Below are positions 28,766-39,766 of a stretch of 44,753 bases of DNA, piece by piece. The stretch lies in assembly GCA_964637135.1 (NCBI GenBank), contig CAZWTX010000021.1, forward strand, positions 1 to 44,753, given 5' to 3'. The position numbers and the translations under genes were made by a program. Numbering within the stretch: position 1 is the first letter of the stretch; every line of letters starts with the position of its first letter. The DNA is from an uncultured Methanospirillum sp. Lineage in GTDB: Archaea > Halobacteriota > Methanomicrobia > Methanomicrobiales > Methanospirillaceae. The notes under the pieces are model-generated. The model did no database searches. It had not been told where the DNA came from and saw only the letters and a list, made by a program, of their open reading frames with translations.

Positions 28766-29749
28766 TTACGTGGCCGAGACGATGCCATCAGCACCGTCAG
28801 ATGCCGCGGTCATAATGCCTGACCCTGTCGGACCCTGGACATTCTGCTCGGTGGACATCATCGAGACAGATTCTGGCTTTGACATCATCACGACGACGTC
28901 ATCTTCGCAGTCATAACTCCGGCAATAGAGCGTGTAGGCTCCACTTCCCTTCTTGGCATACACCTGGGCATAATACGTGGAACCGGTTGAGGGATGGGTT
29001 ACCCCGACGAACGCATTCGAACCGTCACGGGTATCGGCATACTGGGCATAACACCCGGAATACCGTGGGTCACAGTCCTTGTAGATGTAGAGATCGAAGT
29101 TAGTGCCACAGTAACTGGTCCGCATCGCACTGACCTGGTCGGCAGACATCATCACGATCGGAATCTCGTCGCCACAGGGCCCTTTCAGAATCCATTCGAT
29201 GTATGACCGGTCTCCGCCGATCTGATACCCATAGGTCTTCCATTCACCGGCGTTCAGGAATCCGGTCTTGGTGTCAACTTTGTATGGAGCACACTTGCTT
29301 CCACAGTTCGGATTACCGCAGCAGGGATCCCCATAGCAGGGATCAGCCGGACAATTCGTGGTAACCGTCATCTGGTACTGGCCAAACCCGCTCTGGGCAT
29401 AGATCACGATGTACCAGGTTCCGGATTCAAGGCTCATGGACTCGGTCTGGCCGTAATTGACGGCTGCCTTGTCATAATGAGCCATGACATAACTCTCGGT
29501 CGGCGTCCATCCGCCAGAGCCTTTCATTGCATAGAGATCAAAGTTTGCCCCGTACGGGCCGGTAAGGGTCACCTGGCCGTTGCAGTTCAGGGTGAGCGTC
29601 TGCATAGCCTTCTGGCCCTGATACAGGTAATTTGAATAGGTTTCAGGAGTCGATGCTGCGTATGCCGGGATCACCGCAAAGAACATACATGCGACAATCC
29701 CTGTAGCAAGCAGATAATACAGGTTTTTTGCTGTCATTACACATCCCAT
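28766..29749 (-). CDS. Secreted Cys/Tyr-rich protein with two PPC-like beta-sandwich domains (paralogue 1)
   Basis: Signal peptide; twice 'FDLY...G.(W/Y)Y...YA..G.G.Y.(L/M)'; Cys-rich linker 'CPADPCYGDPCCGNPNCGSKC'. Confidence 0.75.
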   Translation of the reverse strand: MGCVMTAKNLYYLLATGIVACMFFAVIPAYAASTPETYSNYLYQGQKAMQTLTLNCNGQVTLTGPYGANFDLYAMKGSGGWTPTESYVMAHYDKAAVNYGQTESMSLESGTWYIVIYAQSGFGQYQMTVTTNCPADPCYGDPCCGNPNCGSKCAPYKVDTKTGFLNAGEWKTYGYQIGGDRSYIEWILKGPCGDEIPIVMMSADQVSAMRTSYCGTNFDLYIYKDCDPRYSGCYAQYADTRDGSNAFVGVTHPSTGSTYYAQVYAKKGSGAYTLYCRSYDCEDDVVVMMSKPESVSMMSTEQNVQGPTGSGIMTAASDGADGIVSAT

Positions 29750-29836
29750 TTGATAATATACACTGAGCAGTTTTCTTATGAAGATAATACGTTTCCGTAT
29801 TCAAACCGGGAAACGGGGGGTATTCCCCGGTGCCGG

Positions 29837-30757
29837 TTACTGTGGCGGAGCCACGGATGTAGCCGTATACATCATTGCAGACATTTCTGGCTGGGACATC
29901 ATAACAACAGGGTCAGATCCGGTATACGACCGGCAGGTAAGGGTGTACGAGCCGCTTCCCCGCTTGGCATATACCTGGGCGTAATACGTTGATCCGGTTG
30001 TCGGATACGAGACACCGACATAGGCATTCGAACCGGTACTGGTATCGGCATATGGAGCATAGCATCCGCGGTATCCCGGATTGCAGTCCTTGTAGATGTA
30101 GAGATCGAAATCAGTTCCACAATAACTGGTCCGCATCGAACTGACCTGATCGGCTGACATCATCACGACCGGTACCTGTTCACCGCACGGTCCGTTGAGG
30201 ATCCATTCGATGTAGGTTCTGCCGCCTGATATGTAGTATCCGGTTGTCTTCGTCTGTCCCTGGCTGAGGTACCCTGACTTGACATCAGTCTTGTACGGAG
30301 TCATCGTCGGGGACGGGGGATAATACGTAGGGTATGGACTGTATGTTGGGTACGGGCCCGAACAGGTGCTGGTTGCTTCAAGGAGGTAGGTTCCGCTTCC
30401 CGACCGGGCATACACAAGAACACACCAGAGCCCTGATTCAAGGGTGAGGTACGCTTTTCCGCCACTGTTCATTGCAACCTTGTCGTAATGAGTCATGATG
30501 TACTCATTCGACGGGCAGGAGCCGGCGCTCCCGTAGTTTCTCATGGCATACAGGTCATAATTCCCGCTGTACGGAGACGTAAGAACCAGTTGTGCACCGC
30601 AGTCTACCTGGATCTCATGCATCACTGCCTGCCCAGGGTAGAGGTTGTACGACTTTGTCCAGAATATTCCCGATGTCGCTGCAGCCGGAGATGCTCCGAG
30701 TGCAACCGCAACGAGCAGAATCAATCCCGCAATGCCAAACTTCCAGAGGGTGTTCAT
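29837..30757 (-). CDS. Secreted protein with two PPC-like domains (paralogue 2)
   Basis: GGGAGG RBS before ATG 30757 (MNTLWK...); signal peptide; same domain motifs; Pro/Tyr/Thr linker 'PYPTYSPYPTYYPP'. Confidence 0.78.
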   Translation of the reverse strand: MNTLWKFGIAGLILLVAVALGASPAAATSGIFWTKSYNLYPGQAVMHEIQVDCGAQLVLTSPYSGNYDLYAMRNYGSAGSCPSNEYIMTHYDKVAMNSGGKAYLTLESGLWCVLVYARSGSGTYLLEATSTCSGPYPTYSPYPTYYPPSPTMTPYKTDVKSGYLSQGQTKTTGYYISGGRTYIEWILNGPCGEQVPVVMMSADQVSSMRTSYCGTDFDLYIYKDCNPGYRGCYAPYADTSTGSNAYVGVSYPTTGSTYYAQVYAKRGSGSYTLTCRSYTGSDPVVMMSQPEMSAMMYTATSVAPPQ

Positions 30758-31111
30758 GGTTTCCTCCCAAGGCATCTCTGCCTTGTTATGAATCATACTC
30801 TCTGGGCTGAGCACATAAGGTTTTTCGTGAAAAAAAGAGCGAGGTAAATGATATTTTACAAAAAGGAAAGCAGCCTTACGTTTTTTTGAAGAGTGCGGAG
30901 GGGAAAACCAGTGCGAACCGGGGATCTGATCATCCACGCATTCCGAGCCGGCCGGATACCATCAGGGATGATCCGGATTCCCGGAGATTAAAAAATGGAA
31001 GTGGTCCTGATGAGGACCCAGGACCCGGATAATACCGGAACACCTTTGGATCGGATCTGTTCCTGCCAAACAGGGCATCATATGATGGACAACCGGGAAA
31101 TCCCGGTTCCC

Positions 31112-31681
31112 CTACCGGATAAACAGCCCGGTTTGTCCCATAGGAGCCTCTCCGTTCTGTTGAACCGGTCCGGGACCGGGAGATCCGGGAGGCTGTGCAT
31201 TCACCGGCTGTCCGCCTGGCATGATTTGCTGCGGGGAGTGCCAGACCCGGTCACGGGGATCCTGCGATGGTGCAGGAATCCCGCAGAGATCAGTCGCATC
31301 GAGCAGGTAGGTTCCCCTGCCTGACCGGCAGGTCACGAGAACATGCCATGATCCGGCTTTGAGCGTGAGGGAGGGTGTTGTTCCACGGGTAGAAGAGACT
31401 ACATCGGGGTGTGACCGGATATACTCTTCAGAAGTGCCGAAACGGTAATTACCGAACCATGCATCATCCTGAACGGCATTGAGATCAAAAACCGCTCCAT
31501 CCGGAGAAGTCAGAACAATCCGGGCAGAACAGTCCACCTGAATGTCGTGGACCGCTGACTGTCCGGAGGAGAGGATGCCTGACTGGGACCAGTAAGAGGA
31601 GAGCGAGGCTGTGGCCACACCTGTTATCAGGGTAATAATCAGAAATACGAACGTATAATACCTGGAAATCTTCATCGTCAT
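31112..31681 (-). CDS. Secreted protein with one PPC-like domain and a Pro/Gly/Gln tail (paralogue 3)
   Basis: Signal peptide; 'GQSAVHDIQVDC.A..VLTSP', 'RSGRGTYLLDAT' shared with paralogue 2. Confidence 0.7.
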   Translation of the reverse strand: MTMKISRYYTFVFLIITLITGVATASLSSYWSQSGILSSGQSAVHDIQVDCSARIVLTSPDGAVFDLNAVQDDAWFGNYRFGTSEEYIRSHPDVVSSTRGTTPSLTLKAGSWHVLVTCRSGRGTYLLDATDLCGIPAPSQDPRDRVWHSPQQIMPGGQPVNAQPPGSPGPGPVQQNGEAPMGQTGLFIR

Positions 31682-31764
31682 CAACCCGCCGCGAACAGGG
31701 ATTTCTCAGGTGCCCATCTTCTCCCCGGGCTTATAACAATAACAGATGTCCCTGGTGGGACATT

Positions 31765-32517
31765 TCATGGAGTGGAGATCAGCCGGGATCCGTCGTACAG
31801 GCTGACCACCTCACCGATCACGATGATTGCCGGTGGTTTTACCCCCTTTTCCCGTGACTTTAAACCGATATCAGAGAGCGTTCCGATCGTCTCCCGCTGA
31901 CTGGGCCGCAGACCGTTCTCGATGACGGCAACCGGGGTATCCGGCGGACGCCCGTGTGAGATAAGGGTTTCTGCAATCGTCGGCAGGTTTTTGACGCCCA
32001 TGAGGATGACAATCGTTCCGCGGCTTTTCGCGAGCCATTCCCAGTCAATGGCCGATGCTTCCTTGGTCGGATCCTCGTTTCCCGTGATGAAGGTCACCTG
32101 CGAAGCACACCCCCGGTGGGTCACTGGTATCCCGACCGAGGCAGGGACGGCAACGGCACTCGTAACTCCCGGGATAACCTCAACCTGCACTCCATGTCGC
32201 CTGCAGGTCTCAAGTTCCTCGCCTCCCCGGCCGAAAACAAAGGGATCTCCTCCCTTCAGCCTCACCACGGAAAGCCCTTCTTTTGCTTTCCGCACCATGA
32301 GTTCCTCAATCTCATCCTGTTCCCGGATATGCCGGCCACCGAATTTTCCGACATCGATCTTCTCTGCCCGCTCCGGCAGAGTCGAGAGGATCTCCTCACC
32401 GGGAAGCTGATCATAGAGGATCACATCAGCAGCATCGATCACTTCGCGGGCACGCAGCGTCATCAGTCCCAGGCCGCCGGGGCCTGAACCAACCAGGTAT
32501 ACTCTTCCGTCACTCAT
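31765..32517 (-). CDS. cobA: Uroporphyrinogen-III C-methyltransferase (SUMT)
   Basis: 'VYLVGSGPG', 'VRLKGGDPFVFGRGGEE', 'PGVTSA', 'GIPVTHRG'. Confidence 0.96.
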   Translation of the reverse strand: MSDGRVYLVGSGPGGLGLMTLRAREVIDAADVILYDQLPGEEILSTLPERAEKIDVGKFGGRHIREQDEIEELMVRKAKEGLSVVRLKGGDPFVFGRGGEELETCRRHGVQVEVIPGVTSAVAVPASVGIPVTHRGCASQVTFITGNEDPTKEASAIDWEWLAKSRGTIVILMGVKNLPTIAETLISHGRPPDTPVAVIENGLRPSQRETIGTLSDIGLKSREKGVKPPAIIVIGEVVSLYDGSRLISTP

Positions 32518-33407
32518 TTTTTTCCGTCCTCAATGCCAAGACGCTGCCATGCCTCCTCGATGAGGTGCAAGGCGTTTTTACGGACTTCTTTTCCAAACAT
32601 AACGGCATCCGCATCCCCGCTGACCCGCTGTTCCAGGCGGAAGACCCGATCCCCTTCCAGCGAGAGGATCTCAACGATGAGGTACTGATCCCGGCAGAAG
32701 ACACCAAGGGGAGTGAAACAGCCCCCGCCAATCTCTTCCATGACGAGCCGTTCAAACCCAGTATCCCGACGGGTCGCCGGATCGTCTATCCCTGCAAGTA
32801 TCCGGATGACGTCCGGATCATCACGACTGACCACCGCAATCGTTCCCTGGTTCGGGGAAGGAACATGAACGGCCGGGTCCAGGGAAAAGCCCGGGAGCTG
32901 AAGCGAGAGCCGTTCTAGTCCTGCCTCGGCAAGAACGATCGCATCGTACTCCCCCTGCCTCAGCTTTGCAAGCCGGGTGTCCACGTTTCCCCGGAGCGGT
33001 CGGATCGTGATCTCAGGAAACCGGCGACGGATCTGTGCCGTTCTTCGCGTACTTGAGGTCCCGATGATCCTGATCTCTGCCGGAGGTTTTTCCGTGACAA
33101 TAAAGTCACAGGGAGAGTCACGGAGCAGGACGGCAGCGGTCCTGAGTCCTTTCGGACGGTCGGCAGGGATATCCTTCATCGAATGGACGGCGATATCGAT
33201 CCTCCCGTCAAGGAGGGCATCATCGAGTGCCTTCACAAAAACACCCTGACCGCCGATGGCATGGAGCGGGACACCGGTCTGTTCGTCGCCGGCTGTTGAG
33301 ATAATCACCAGCTCGCTCGATACGTGCAGACCGGAAAGGAGGCGGGAGACCTTCTCTGCCTGGGCACGGGCGAGGGCTGAACCCCGGGTACCGATCTTCA
33401 GATGCAT
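32514..33407 (-). CDS. hemC: Hydroxymethylbilane synthase
   Basis: '[12 protein letters not shown]', 'AVHSMKDIP', 'GTSSTRR', 'RGNVDTRL', 'GGGC..P'. Confidence 0.96.
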   Translation of the reverse strand: MHLKIGTRGSALARAQAEKVSRLLSGLHVSSELVIISTAGDEQTGVPLHAIGGQGVFVKALDDALLDGRIDIAVHSMKDIPADRPKGLRTAAVLLRDSPCDFIVTEKPPAEIRIIGTSSTRRTAQIRRRFPEITIRPLRGNVDTRLAKLRQGEYDAIVLAEAGLERLSLQLPGFSLDPAVHVPSPNQGTIAVVSRDDPDVIRILAGIDDPATRRDTGFERLVMEEIGGGCFTPLGVFCRDQYLIVEILSLEGDRVFRLEQRVSGDADAVMFGKEVRKNALHLIEEAWQRLGIEDGKK

Positions 33408-34639
33408 GACCTGTACACACCGGCTATCCCGGCAGCATCTGCATCGCTGTGTGCTGCGGAGAGGAAGTTGGTCTCAAACTGGGAGGGAGGGAGGAAGACT
33501 CCGGCTTTCAGGGCTTTCTCCCAGAATGTCCTGAACCGGGTCGTATCAGCCTCTTTTGCCTCCGCATACGTCCGGGGCGGGGCATCCCGGAAGAAGAACT
33601 TGAACATGGAGCCGGCACTGACAAACGATCCATCCTTTCCTGCACAGGCATCAGCAATCACCCGGACCTGTTCTTCCATCCGGCGGTATATCTCCTGGTG
33701 ATCGTGAATCCACGAGAGGGTCGCCATCCCGGCGGCAAGGCTCATCGGGTTTCCGGAGAAGGTTCCGGCCTGGTACACCGGACCGGAAGGGGCAACGAGT
33801 TCCATGATCTCACGTCTGCCCCCGAATGCCCCGATGGGAAGTCCGCCGCCGATGATCTTGCCAAGCGTGGTGAGATCCGGTGTCACCCCGAACTGTGTCT
33901 GGGCGCCCCCGATACCAAGCCGGTACCCGGTGATCACCTCGTCGAAGATGAGAAGGACATCGTGTTCATCCACAATCCGCCTGACCTCCCTGAGGTACCC
34001 GTCGTCCGGAAGGATCGGGCCGATGTTTCCCATCACCGGTTCAAGGATGAATGCCGCGATGGATGCTCCTTCACGTTCCAGAAGTGACGAAAGGGCCTCG
34101 GTATCGTTGTATGCCACCTGTCGTGTGTGTTTCACCAGATCGGCAAGCACGCCTGCGGAGTCAGGCTGGCCAAGCGTGGTACATCCCGAACCGGCCTGTA
34201 CGAGAACACCGTCATGAGCCCCGTGAAACCCACCCTCGACCTTGATGATATCAGACCGGGAGGTAAATCCCCTGGCAAGGCGGATCGCAGCCATCGTTGC
34301 TTCCGAACCGCTTGATACAAACCGGACCATGTCGATGGAGGGGTGATCAGAGACGATTCGCTGTGCGAGATCGATCTCAAGCGGGGTCGGCGTTCCGTAG
34401 ATCCATCCGTCGGTTATCCGGGAAGAAATCGCCGCTGCAACCGCGGGATGGGCATGACCGAGGATCAGCGGACCGTACGCCCCGCAGCAGTCGATAAGGG
34501 TATCGCCGTCTGCGGTGCGGATTCGCGAACCGTTCCCCTGTACTGTGTAGAACGGATAGGGATGTATTGCCCTGACCGGGCTTGAGACGCCGCCCGGGAT
34601 AAGACGCCGTGCCCGGGAATAATATTCACTGCTATTCAT
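33398..34639 (-). CDS. hemL: Glutamate-1-semialdehyde 2,1-aminomutase
   Basis: '[10 protein letters not shown]', 'SGSEATM', 'FDEVITG', '[10 protein letters not shown]', '[10 protein letters not shown]'; ATG 34639 after AGGTGG. Confidence 0.96.
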   Translation of the reverse strand: MNSSEYYSRARRLIPGGVSSPVRAIHPYPFYTVQGNGSRIRTADGDTLIDCCGAYGPLILGHAHPAVAAAISSRITDGWIYGTPTPLEIDLAQRIVSDHPSIDMVRFVSSGSEATMAAIRLARGFTSRSDIIKVEGGFHGAHDGVLVQAGSGCTTLGQPDSAGVLADLVKHTRQVAYNDTEALSSLLEREGASIAAFILEPVMGNIGPILPDDGYLREVRRIVDEHDVLLIFDEVITGYRLGIGGAQTQFGVTPDLTTLGKIIGGGLPIGAFGGRREIMELVAPSGPVYQAGTFSGNPMSLAAGMATLSWIHDHQEIYRRMEEQVRVIADACAGKDGSFVSAGSMFKFFFRDAPPRTYAEAKEADTTRFRTFWEKALKAGVFLPPSQFETNFLSAAHSDADAAGIAGVYRSCI

Positions 34640-35609
34640 TGAGCCACCTGCAGACATCCTCTGCAAAATACGTGATCACAAGTCCGGCGCCGGCCCGCCT
34701 GAGACAGACCAGGCTCTCCATGACGACCTTCTTCTCGTCGAGCCATCCCTGCATACCCGCTGCCTTAATCATCGCGTACTCACCGGAGACCTGGTATGCA
34801 GCAACCGGGTATCCGAGGGCACTGACATCTGATATGATGTCGCCAAACCACCCTGCCGGTTTGACCATCAGGATATCGGCACCCTCAGCTGCGTCAAGCT
34901 CTGACTCGCGGAATGCCTCTTTCCGGTTTGACACCGGTGCCTGGTAGGTCGTCCGGTCGCCGAACGAGTACCCTGAACCGGCTGCCTCCCTGAATGGCCC
35001 GTACAGGCTGCTTGCAAACTTTGAGGAGTAGGCCATGATCAGAACCTCCTCGTATCCGTTATCGTCAAGGACCTCCCGAATTGCCCCGCATACCCCGTCC
35101 AGCATACTTGACGGGGCAACGATATCGGCACCGGCCTCTGCATGGGAGAGTGCTATCTGCTGCATCAGGTCAAGTGACTGGTCATTCAGGAGGTCAGGAC
35201 CATCCCGGCAGTCACCGATATATCCGCAATGCCCGTGATCGGTGTATTCGCAGGCACAGACATCGGTGATGATCACGAGATCGGGAACAGCCCGCTTCAT
35301 GAGCCTGACCACCTGTTGGATCACCCCGTCCTGGGCCCAGGCCCCGGTAGCTGATGCATCCTTGTCCCGGGGAATCCCGAAGAGAAGGACCGATCTGATC
35401 CCGGTCTCGTGGAGCCGTTTTGCTAATGGTTCTGCCTGGCCGATCGGCCACCGGAACTGGCCTGGCATTGAGGATATCGGGGCGGGCATATCCAGTTGTT
35501 CATCAAAGAAAAGGGGCATTACCAGGTGCTCTGTGTGGATTTTTGTCTCGCACAGGAGCGGACGGATTAACCGCCTTCGAAGTCTTCTCATTCGGTTTTG
35601 CGGGAACAT
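34632..35609 (-). CDS. hemB: Porphobilinogen synthase (Zn-type)
   Basis: '[14 protein letters not shown]', 'YGPFREAA', 'MVKPA', '[10 protein letters not shown]'. Confidence 0.97.
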   Translation of the reverse strand: MFPQNRMRRLRRRLIRPLLCETKIHTEHLVMPLFFDEQLDMPAPISSMPGQFRWPIGQAEPLAKRLHETGIRSVLLFGIPRDKDASATGAWAQDGVIQQVVRLMKRAVPDLVIITDVCACEYTDHGHCGYIGDCRDGPDLLNDQSLDLMQQIALSHAEAGADIVAPSSMLDGVCGAIREVLDDNGYEEVLIMAYSSKFASSLYGPFREAAGSGYSFGDRTTYQAPVSNRKEAFRESELDAAEGADILMVKPAGWFGDIISDVSALGYPVAAYQVSGEYAMIKAAGMQGWLDEKKVVMESLVCLRRAGAGLVITYFAEDVCRWLNE

Positions 35610-36859
35610 AATCCTTCACCTCGGATGATGGCGGAGACAAGGTCTTCTGCCATCTGAATTTCGCCATGCTCGGCACAACGGCGTATCTGTATCGTTGCGT
35701 CTGCCAGGAGTTTTCTAGTTAATGCCCGGGAGAGATCGTCGATGATCTCCCGGGTCCGGTCATCGGGATCGATGAACCGGGTCAGGGCCCGATCCCGTTC
35801 GCGGAGACGGATGGTCTCTGCCCAGGTGTGAAGCCCGGCAAGTATCTCGTCGGCTGCTTTCCGGTTAAATAACCGGATAAACTGATCACATTCAGCGCTG
35901 AGATAGTCCCTGACCCTGACGATGGCATCCTGCCGGTTCTTTGCGGTAGCATCACTCACTTCCCTGAGATCATCAATAGTAAAGAGACATACCCCCTGAA
36001 CATCTCTGACCTCTTCCTCCACGTCACGCGGCTGGGCGATATCAACGATGATTAACGGCCGGATGGAACCTTCAAGCGGCCAGATACGGCCCTTCAATGC
36101 CTGTTCAAGTTCATCGCGACGGATGACCGGATGGGGGGCTGCGGTGCAGCAGATGACAACATCAGATAACGAGAGATACCGGTAGAGATCGGTCATCAGA
36201 ACCGCGGTACCGTGAATCTTTTCTGCAAGCCGGTAAGCCCGGTCAATGGTGCGGTTGGCCACATAGATAGCAGAGAGCTGTTTTGCTGAGAGGGCCTGGG
36301 TGACGAGGACGCCCATCTCCCCGGATCCAAGCACGAGGATTCGTTTTCCTTCAAGGGATCCGAGCCGTTCTTCGGCGAGAAGGACGGCGGCAGATCCGAT
36401 AGATACCGCGCCACGATTGATGCCGGTCATCCGCCGGGCTTCTGAACCGGTGTGGATCGCCTTGTTGATGCACCGGGTGAGGATCGGATCCGCCACGCCG
36501 ATCTCCTCTGATAGCGCAAGGGCCCGCCTGAGCTGGCCGAGGATCTGATCTTCTCCAATCACCATCGAGTCTATTCCGGATGCAAGATCAAGGAGATGGG
36601 CAAGTGCGGCGGTGTCTTTCCAGGTGACAAAACCGTCCCGGTCATGCTGCCTGAGAAATTCTATGAGGAGATCCTCTTCTCCGTGGATGATGATCTCGAC
36701 CCGGTTACAGGTCTGAAGGAGGAGAACCCCCTTGAACCACTCACCGGCCTCCTTAAGGAACGCTGCTTCGTCAGGAAACCGGAATTTTTCCATGACCGGG
36801 ATGGATGCGGTATGATGGGATATTCCCGCAATGGAAAAGGGGGCAAAGAGCCGGTTCAT
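35588..36859 (-). CDS. hemA: Glutamyl-tRNA reductase
   Basis: 'LQTCNRVE', 'SGIDSMVIGEDQILGQ', 'GSGEMG', 'DIAQPRDV'. Confidence 0.96.
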   Translation of the reverse strand: MNRLFAPFSIAGISHHTASIPVMEKFRFPDEAAFLKEAGEWFKGVLLLQTCNRVEIIIHGEEDLLIEFLRQHDRDGFVTWKDTAALAHLLDLASGIDSMVIGEDQILGQLRRALALSEEIGVADPILTRCINKAIHTGSEARRMTGINRGAVSIGSAAVLLAEERLGSLEGKRILVLGSGEMGVLVTQALSAKQLSAIYVANRTIDRAYRLAEKIHGTAVLMTDLYRYLSLSDVVICCTAAPHPVIRRDELEQALKGRIWPLEGSIRPLIIVDIAQPRDVEEEVRDVQGVCLFTIDDLREVSDATAKNRQDAIVRVRDYLSAECDQFIRLFNRKAADEILAGLHTWAETIRLRERDRALTRFIDPDDRTREIIDDLSRALTRKLLADATIQIRRCAEHGEIQMAEDLVSAIIRGEGLCSRKTE

Positions 36860-37485
36860 ACGGCGTACCTCTCCCTGACCAGGGTTATGGCGGAATCAAC
36901 GGATTGACCTGCGGCAGACCATACCTCTGAATCCCTGAGAATCCGGGAAATTACCGCTTCCCGTTCCTCCTGGGTTTCGATCCGGCTCTTCAGGATCGGC
37001 CTGATACTGTCCATAAGGCCGATCATGGCATCGAGCCCGGGAAACGATTCCTCGATGGTCTCCCTGAGCAGGCGGGAGATCGCCGGGCCTGACCCGGAGG
37101 TACTGAATGCAATACAGTACCGTTCACCGGTGATCTTTGCCGGAAGGAGAACATCACCACGCTCACCGGATGCATTGTTGCAGAGGATGCCTCGCTCCCG
37201 GCAGAGACCGGTAAGGGTATTGTTCAGGATCACATCCGGGGTGGTCGTGATCACGAGGAACGCTCCTTCAATGAGGGGAAGGAGAGAGTCACGGTCAGCG
37301 CTGAGTTCAGTCGTGACACAGGTGACCGGGATTGCGGGGAAGGACGGGTGAAACGAACGGCTGTATACCATCACGTCACCTTCACCTGCAAAGAAGCGTG
37401 CTTTTCGTGCCCCCACTTCACCACCACCGATGATCACGATTCGCTTTCCGGTACCATCGATCATGAGGGGGATCATCGTATTCAT
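36856..37485 (-). CDS. sirC: Precorrin-2 dehydrogenase/sirohydrochlorin ferrochelatase (SirC/CysG-N family)
   Basis: 'MIPL.ID...IVIIGGGEVGARK', 'CNNAS', 'STSGSGPA'; start ATG 37485 or 37476. Confidence 0.88.
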   Translation of the reverse strand: MNTMIPLMIDGTGKRIVIIGGGEVGARKARFFAGEGDVMVYSRSFHPSFPAIPVTCVTTELSADRDSLLPLIEGAFLVITTTPDVILNNTLTGLCRERGILCNNASGERGDVLLPAKITGERYCIAFSTSGSGPAISRLLRETIEESFPGLDAMIGLMDSIRPILKSRIETQEEREAVISRILRDSEVWSAAGQSVDSAITLVRERYAV

Positions 37486-37621
37486 TTTGTCTGAAAAAAA
37501 TATCAATCTGTCCAATTATCCTGAAAAAACGTGGTACCTCACATGGGGATATACTATATCGTCAAATTTTTATTCTTCCAGAGCTGACGATATAGAGCAC
37601 CTCGCAGCAGCGATGATGTAT

Positions 37622-37693
37622 GCGTCGATAGTGTAGTGGTTATCACTAGGCGTTGCCAACGCCTAAACCCGGGTTCGAGTCCCGGTCGGCGCA
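37622..37693 (+). tRNA. tRNA-Gly(GCC)
   Basis: Acceptor GCGTCGA/TCGGCGC plus discriminator A; D arm GTGTAGTGGTTATCAC; anticodon arm AGGCG-TTGCCAA-CGCCT; T arm CCGGG-TTCGAGT-CCCGG; no intron, CCA not encoded. Confidence 0.97.
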
Positions 37694-38092
37694 CTGGAAC
37701 ACGATATCCGGATTTTGGCACGGAAATTATCTCTATTATCCGCCACCGGACATTTTTTCTTTTTCTGTTTTTTTGATACCAGTCAGGTTCTTTCATCACC
37801 CATACAGGTTCTAAAGTCCGGAACCGGTGTCCGGATCGCTTGCTCATTCAGAATCCGGGGTATTCAGAGGACGGCTGTCCGGGCAGGAACCGGAGGTTCC
37901 TGTCTGACCGGGCGGGAGAGAGGAACCCGGGTCCAGAACGTGATCCGGATGGGAGATCCTCACCAGGATTAACGGCCGATTGAACTGTCTGAGGCATACC
38001 GGTTTATTCTCAGGGAGGATGCCCCCCCATCTATCTCCGATATCCAATATAAATTTTTTTATTCGTCGGTTACGTTTCCCTATTGTGTAAAT

Positions 38093-39766
38093 ATGTCAAG
38101 GAGATCTGATCTGACGAACCGGGGATCCATTGTTGGATCCTTGCTGGCTGTTTTTGTGTGTATCGTCGCAGTGACGGGTGCTGTGGTGCCGGTCGCTGCA
38201 GCTTCCGCTGGTTCCGGCAACACGGACAGCGGTCCGGTGCCAAATCCGTCCCTGGCATCCCCGCTCTACGCCATCACCCATTTTGATTCCTCGCAGAGTG
38301 ATTCAACACCATATGGACCCCCGGAGGGGGTCTTCACGGTTGATCCCGCTGACCAGCCAATAGTGTATGGCGGTCCGATCAACATCATGACCTTTGCATC
38401 TCCAGAGAAGGACTACATGTGGGCGATTGGTACCAACCGGGTTGCGTACGTGGAGATGAAGGACGGAAACATGACCGAGCTGGCTTCATATGAAGCCCTT
38501 GCCGAGGCTACCAATAATCTTCTTGCTGCCATTCCTGAAGAAAACTTCAGAACTTTCGGGGAATCAACCGCAGTAGGAATGGATACCGTTTCGATGAACG
38601 AATCCCTCACTGAATTGTTCGGACAAAATTACGATTACCGGTTTAAAAACGGATTTTACAACGTAGTTGACCATGAGAATGTATTATACTCCGATTTCGG
38701 CGGCGATCTCTATGCGTTTGCACTGGTAGATCCGGATAATCCGGCTGCCGGTATTGAGAAGCGGTACGAGATCCAGGATGTCATCACCACGCTCCAGGGG
38801 GAGGATTATCCGGAAGGAACCAAGTTATTCGGTCTTTCAATGACTTATGACGATCATCTCATCATCACGTTCAGCGATGGAATCGCGGTCATCGACAAAA
38901 ACCTCGATCCTGACACCGCGTCCCTGTACCGGTTCGGAGACGATGAATTCCTCTCCAACTCGCCGTGCGTTGATGAAGATAATGCCATCTACGTGGCATC
39001 AGATCGGATCATGAGAAAACTCATCTGGAACGGGACCACCCTCTCCGCCGATGAAGCAACGGGAGCCTGGTCTTGTCCATACACCTATTCGGAGCAGCCG
39101 CCGATCATCAAGGTCGGGGTAGGAACCGGCTCTTCCCCGACCCTCATGGGATTTGGTGATGATGAGGACAAGCTCGTGGTCATCACCGATGGTGCAGAAC
39201 AGATGAACCTGGTTGCATTCTGGCGGGATGAGATCCCCAACGGATCTGAGCGGATAGCCGGTCAGATACCGGTAACCTGTGGGTTTGAGACCCTTCCTGA
39301 GTGGATCCAGTCAGAACAGTCCTTGGTTGTTTCAGGATACGGGGCGTTCGTCGTGAATAACATGCCGGAGAATGTGAGCGATGATCTCATCAATCAGAAC
39401 AAGATCCTCCAGGTTTCACTGATGGGACCTGCATACGAGACCTCGTACGGCGTGGAACGCTTTGAATGGGATCCGGCTATAAACACCTGGGGTTCGGTCT
39501 GGGCACGGCCTGATGTCTCTTCGACAAGCATGGTTCCCATCCACAGCCAGTCCGGGAACATGGCTATCATCAACGGATGGCGTGAACCGGAAGGCTGGGA
39601 GATAGTTGGTCTTGACTGGGAAACCGGTGAGATCATCCACCAGACCATCTTTGGGGATGTCAACTTCGGGAACGGGGCCTATGCAATCCTCCAGTACCTG
39701 GAAAACAACGAACTGCTATTCAATTCGTTCGCCGGGCCGATGAGAATTCACTATTCTGAATCCTGA
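38093..39766 (+). CDS. Secreted acidic hypothetical protein (probably beta-rich or propeller-like)
   Basis: 557-aa ORF with hydrophobic signal segment; Asp/Glu-rich; no family recognised with confidence. Confidence 0.75.
   Translation: MSRRSDLTNRGSIVGSLLAVFVCIVAVTGAVVPVAAASAGSGNTDSGPVPNPSLASPLYAITHFDSSQSDSTPYGPPEGVFTVDPADQPIVYGGPINIMTFASPEKDYMWAIGTNRVAYVEMKDGNMTELASYEALAEATNNLLAAIPEENFRTFGESTAVGMDTVSMNESLTELFGQNYDYRFKNGFYNVVDHENVLYSDFGGDLYAFALVDPDNPAAGIEKRYEIQDVITTLQGEDYPEGTKLFGLSMTYDDHLIITFSDGIAVIDKNLDPDTASLYRFGDDEFLSNSPCVDEDNAIYVASDRIMRKLIWNGTTLSADEATGAWSCPYTYSEQPPIIKVGVGTGSSPTLMGFGDDEDKLVVITDGAEQMNLVAFWRDEIPNGSERIAGQIPVTCGFETLPEWIQSEQSLVVSGYGAFVVNNMPENVSDDLINQNKILQVSLMGPAYETSYGVERFEWDPAINTWGSVWARPDVSSTSMVPIHSQSGNMAIINGWREPEGWEIVGLDWETGEIIHQTIFGDVNFGNGAYAILQYLENNELLFNSFAGPMRIHYSES

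Noticed and set aside
31003..31045. CTGATGAG resembling a hammerhead ribozyme core
   Set aside because: No correctly placed GAAA or stem III; it is only a small GTCCT/AGGAC hairpin
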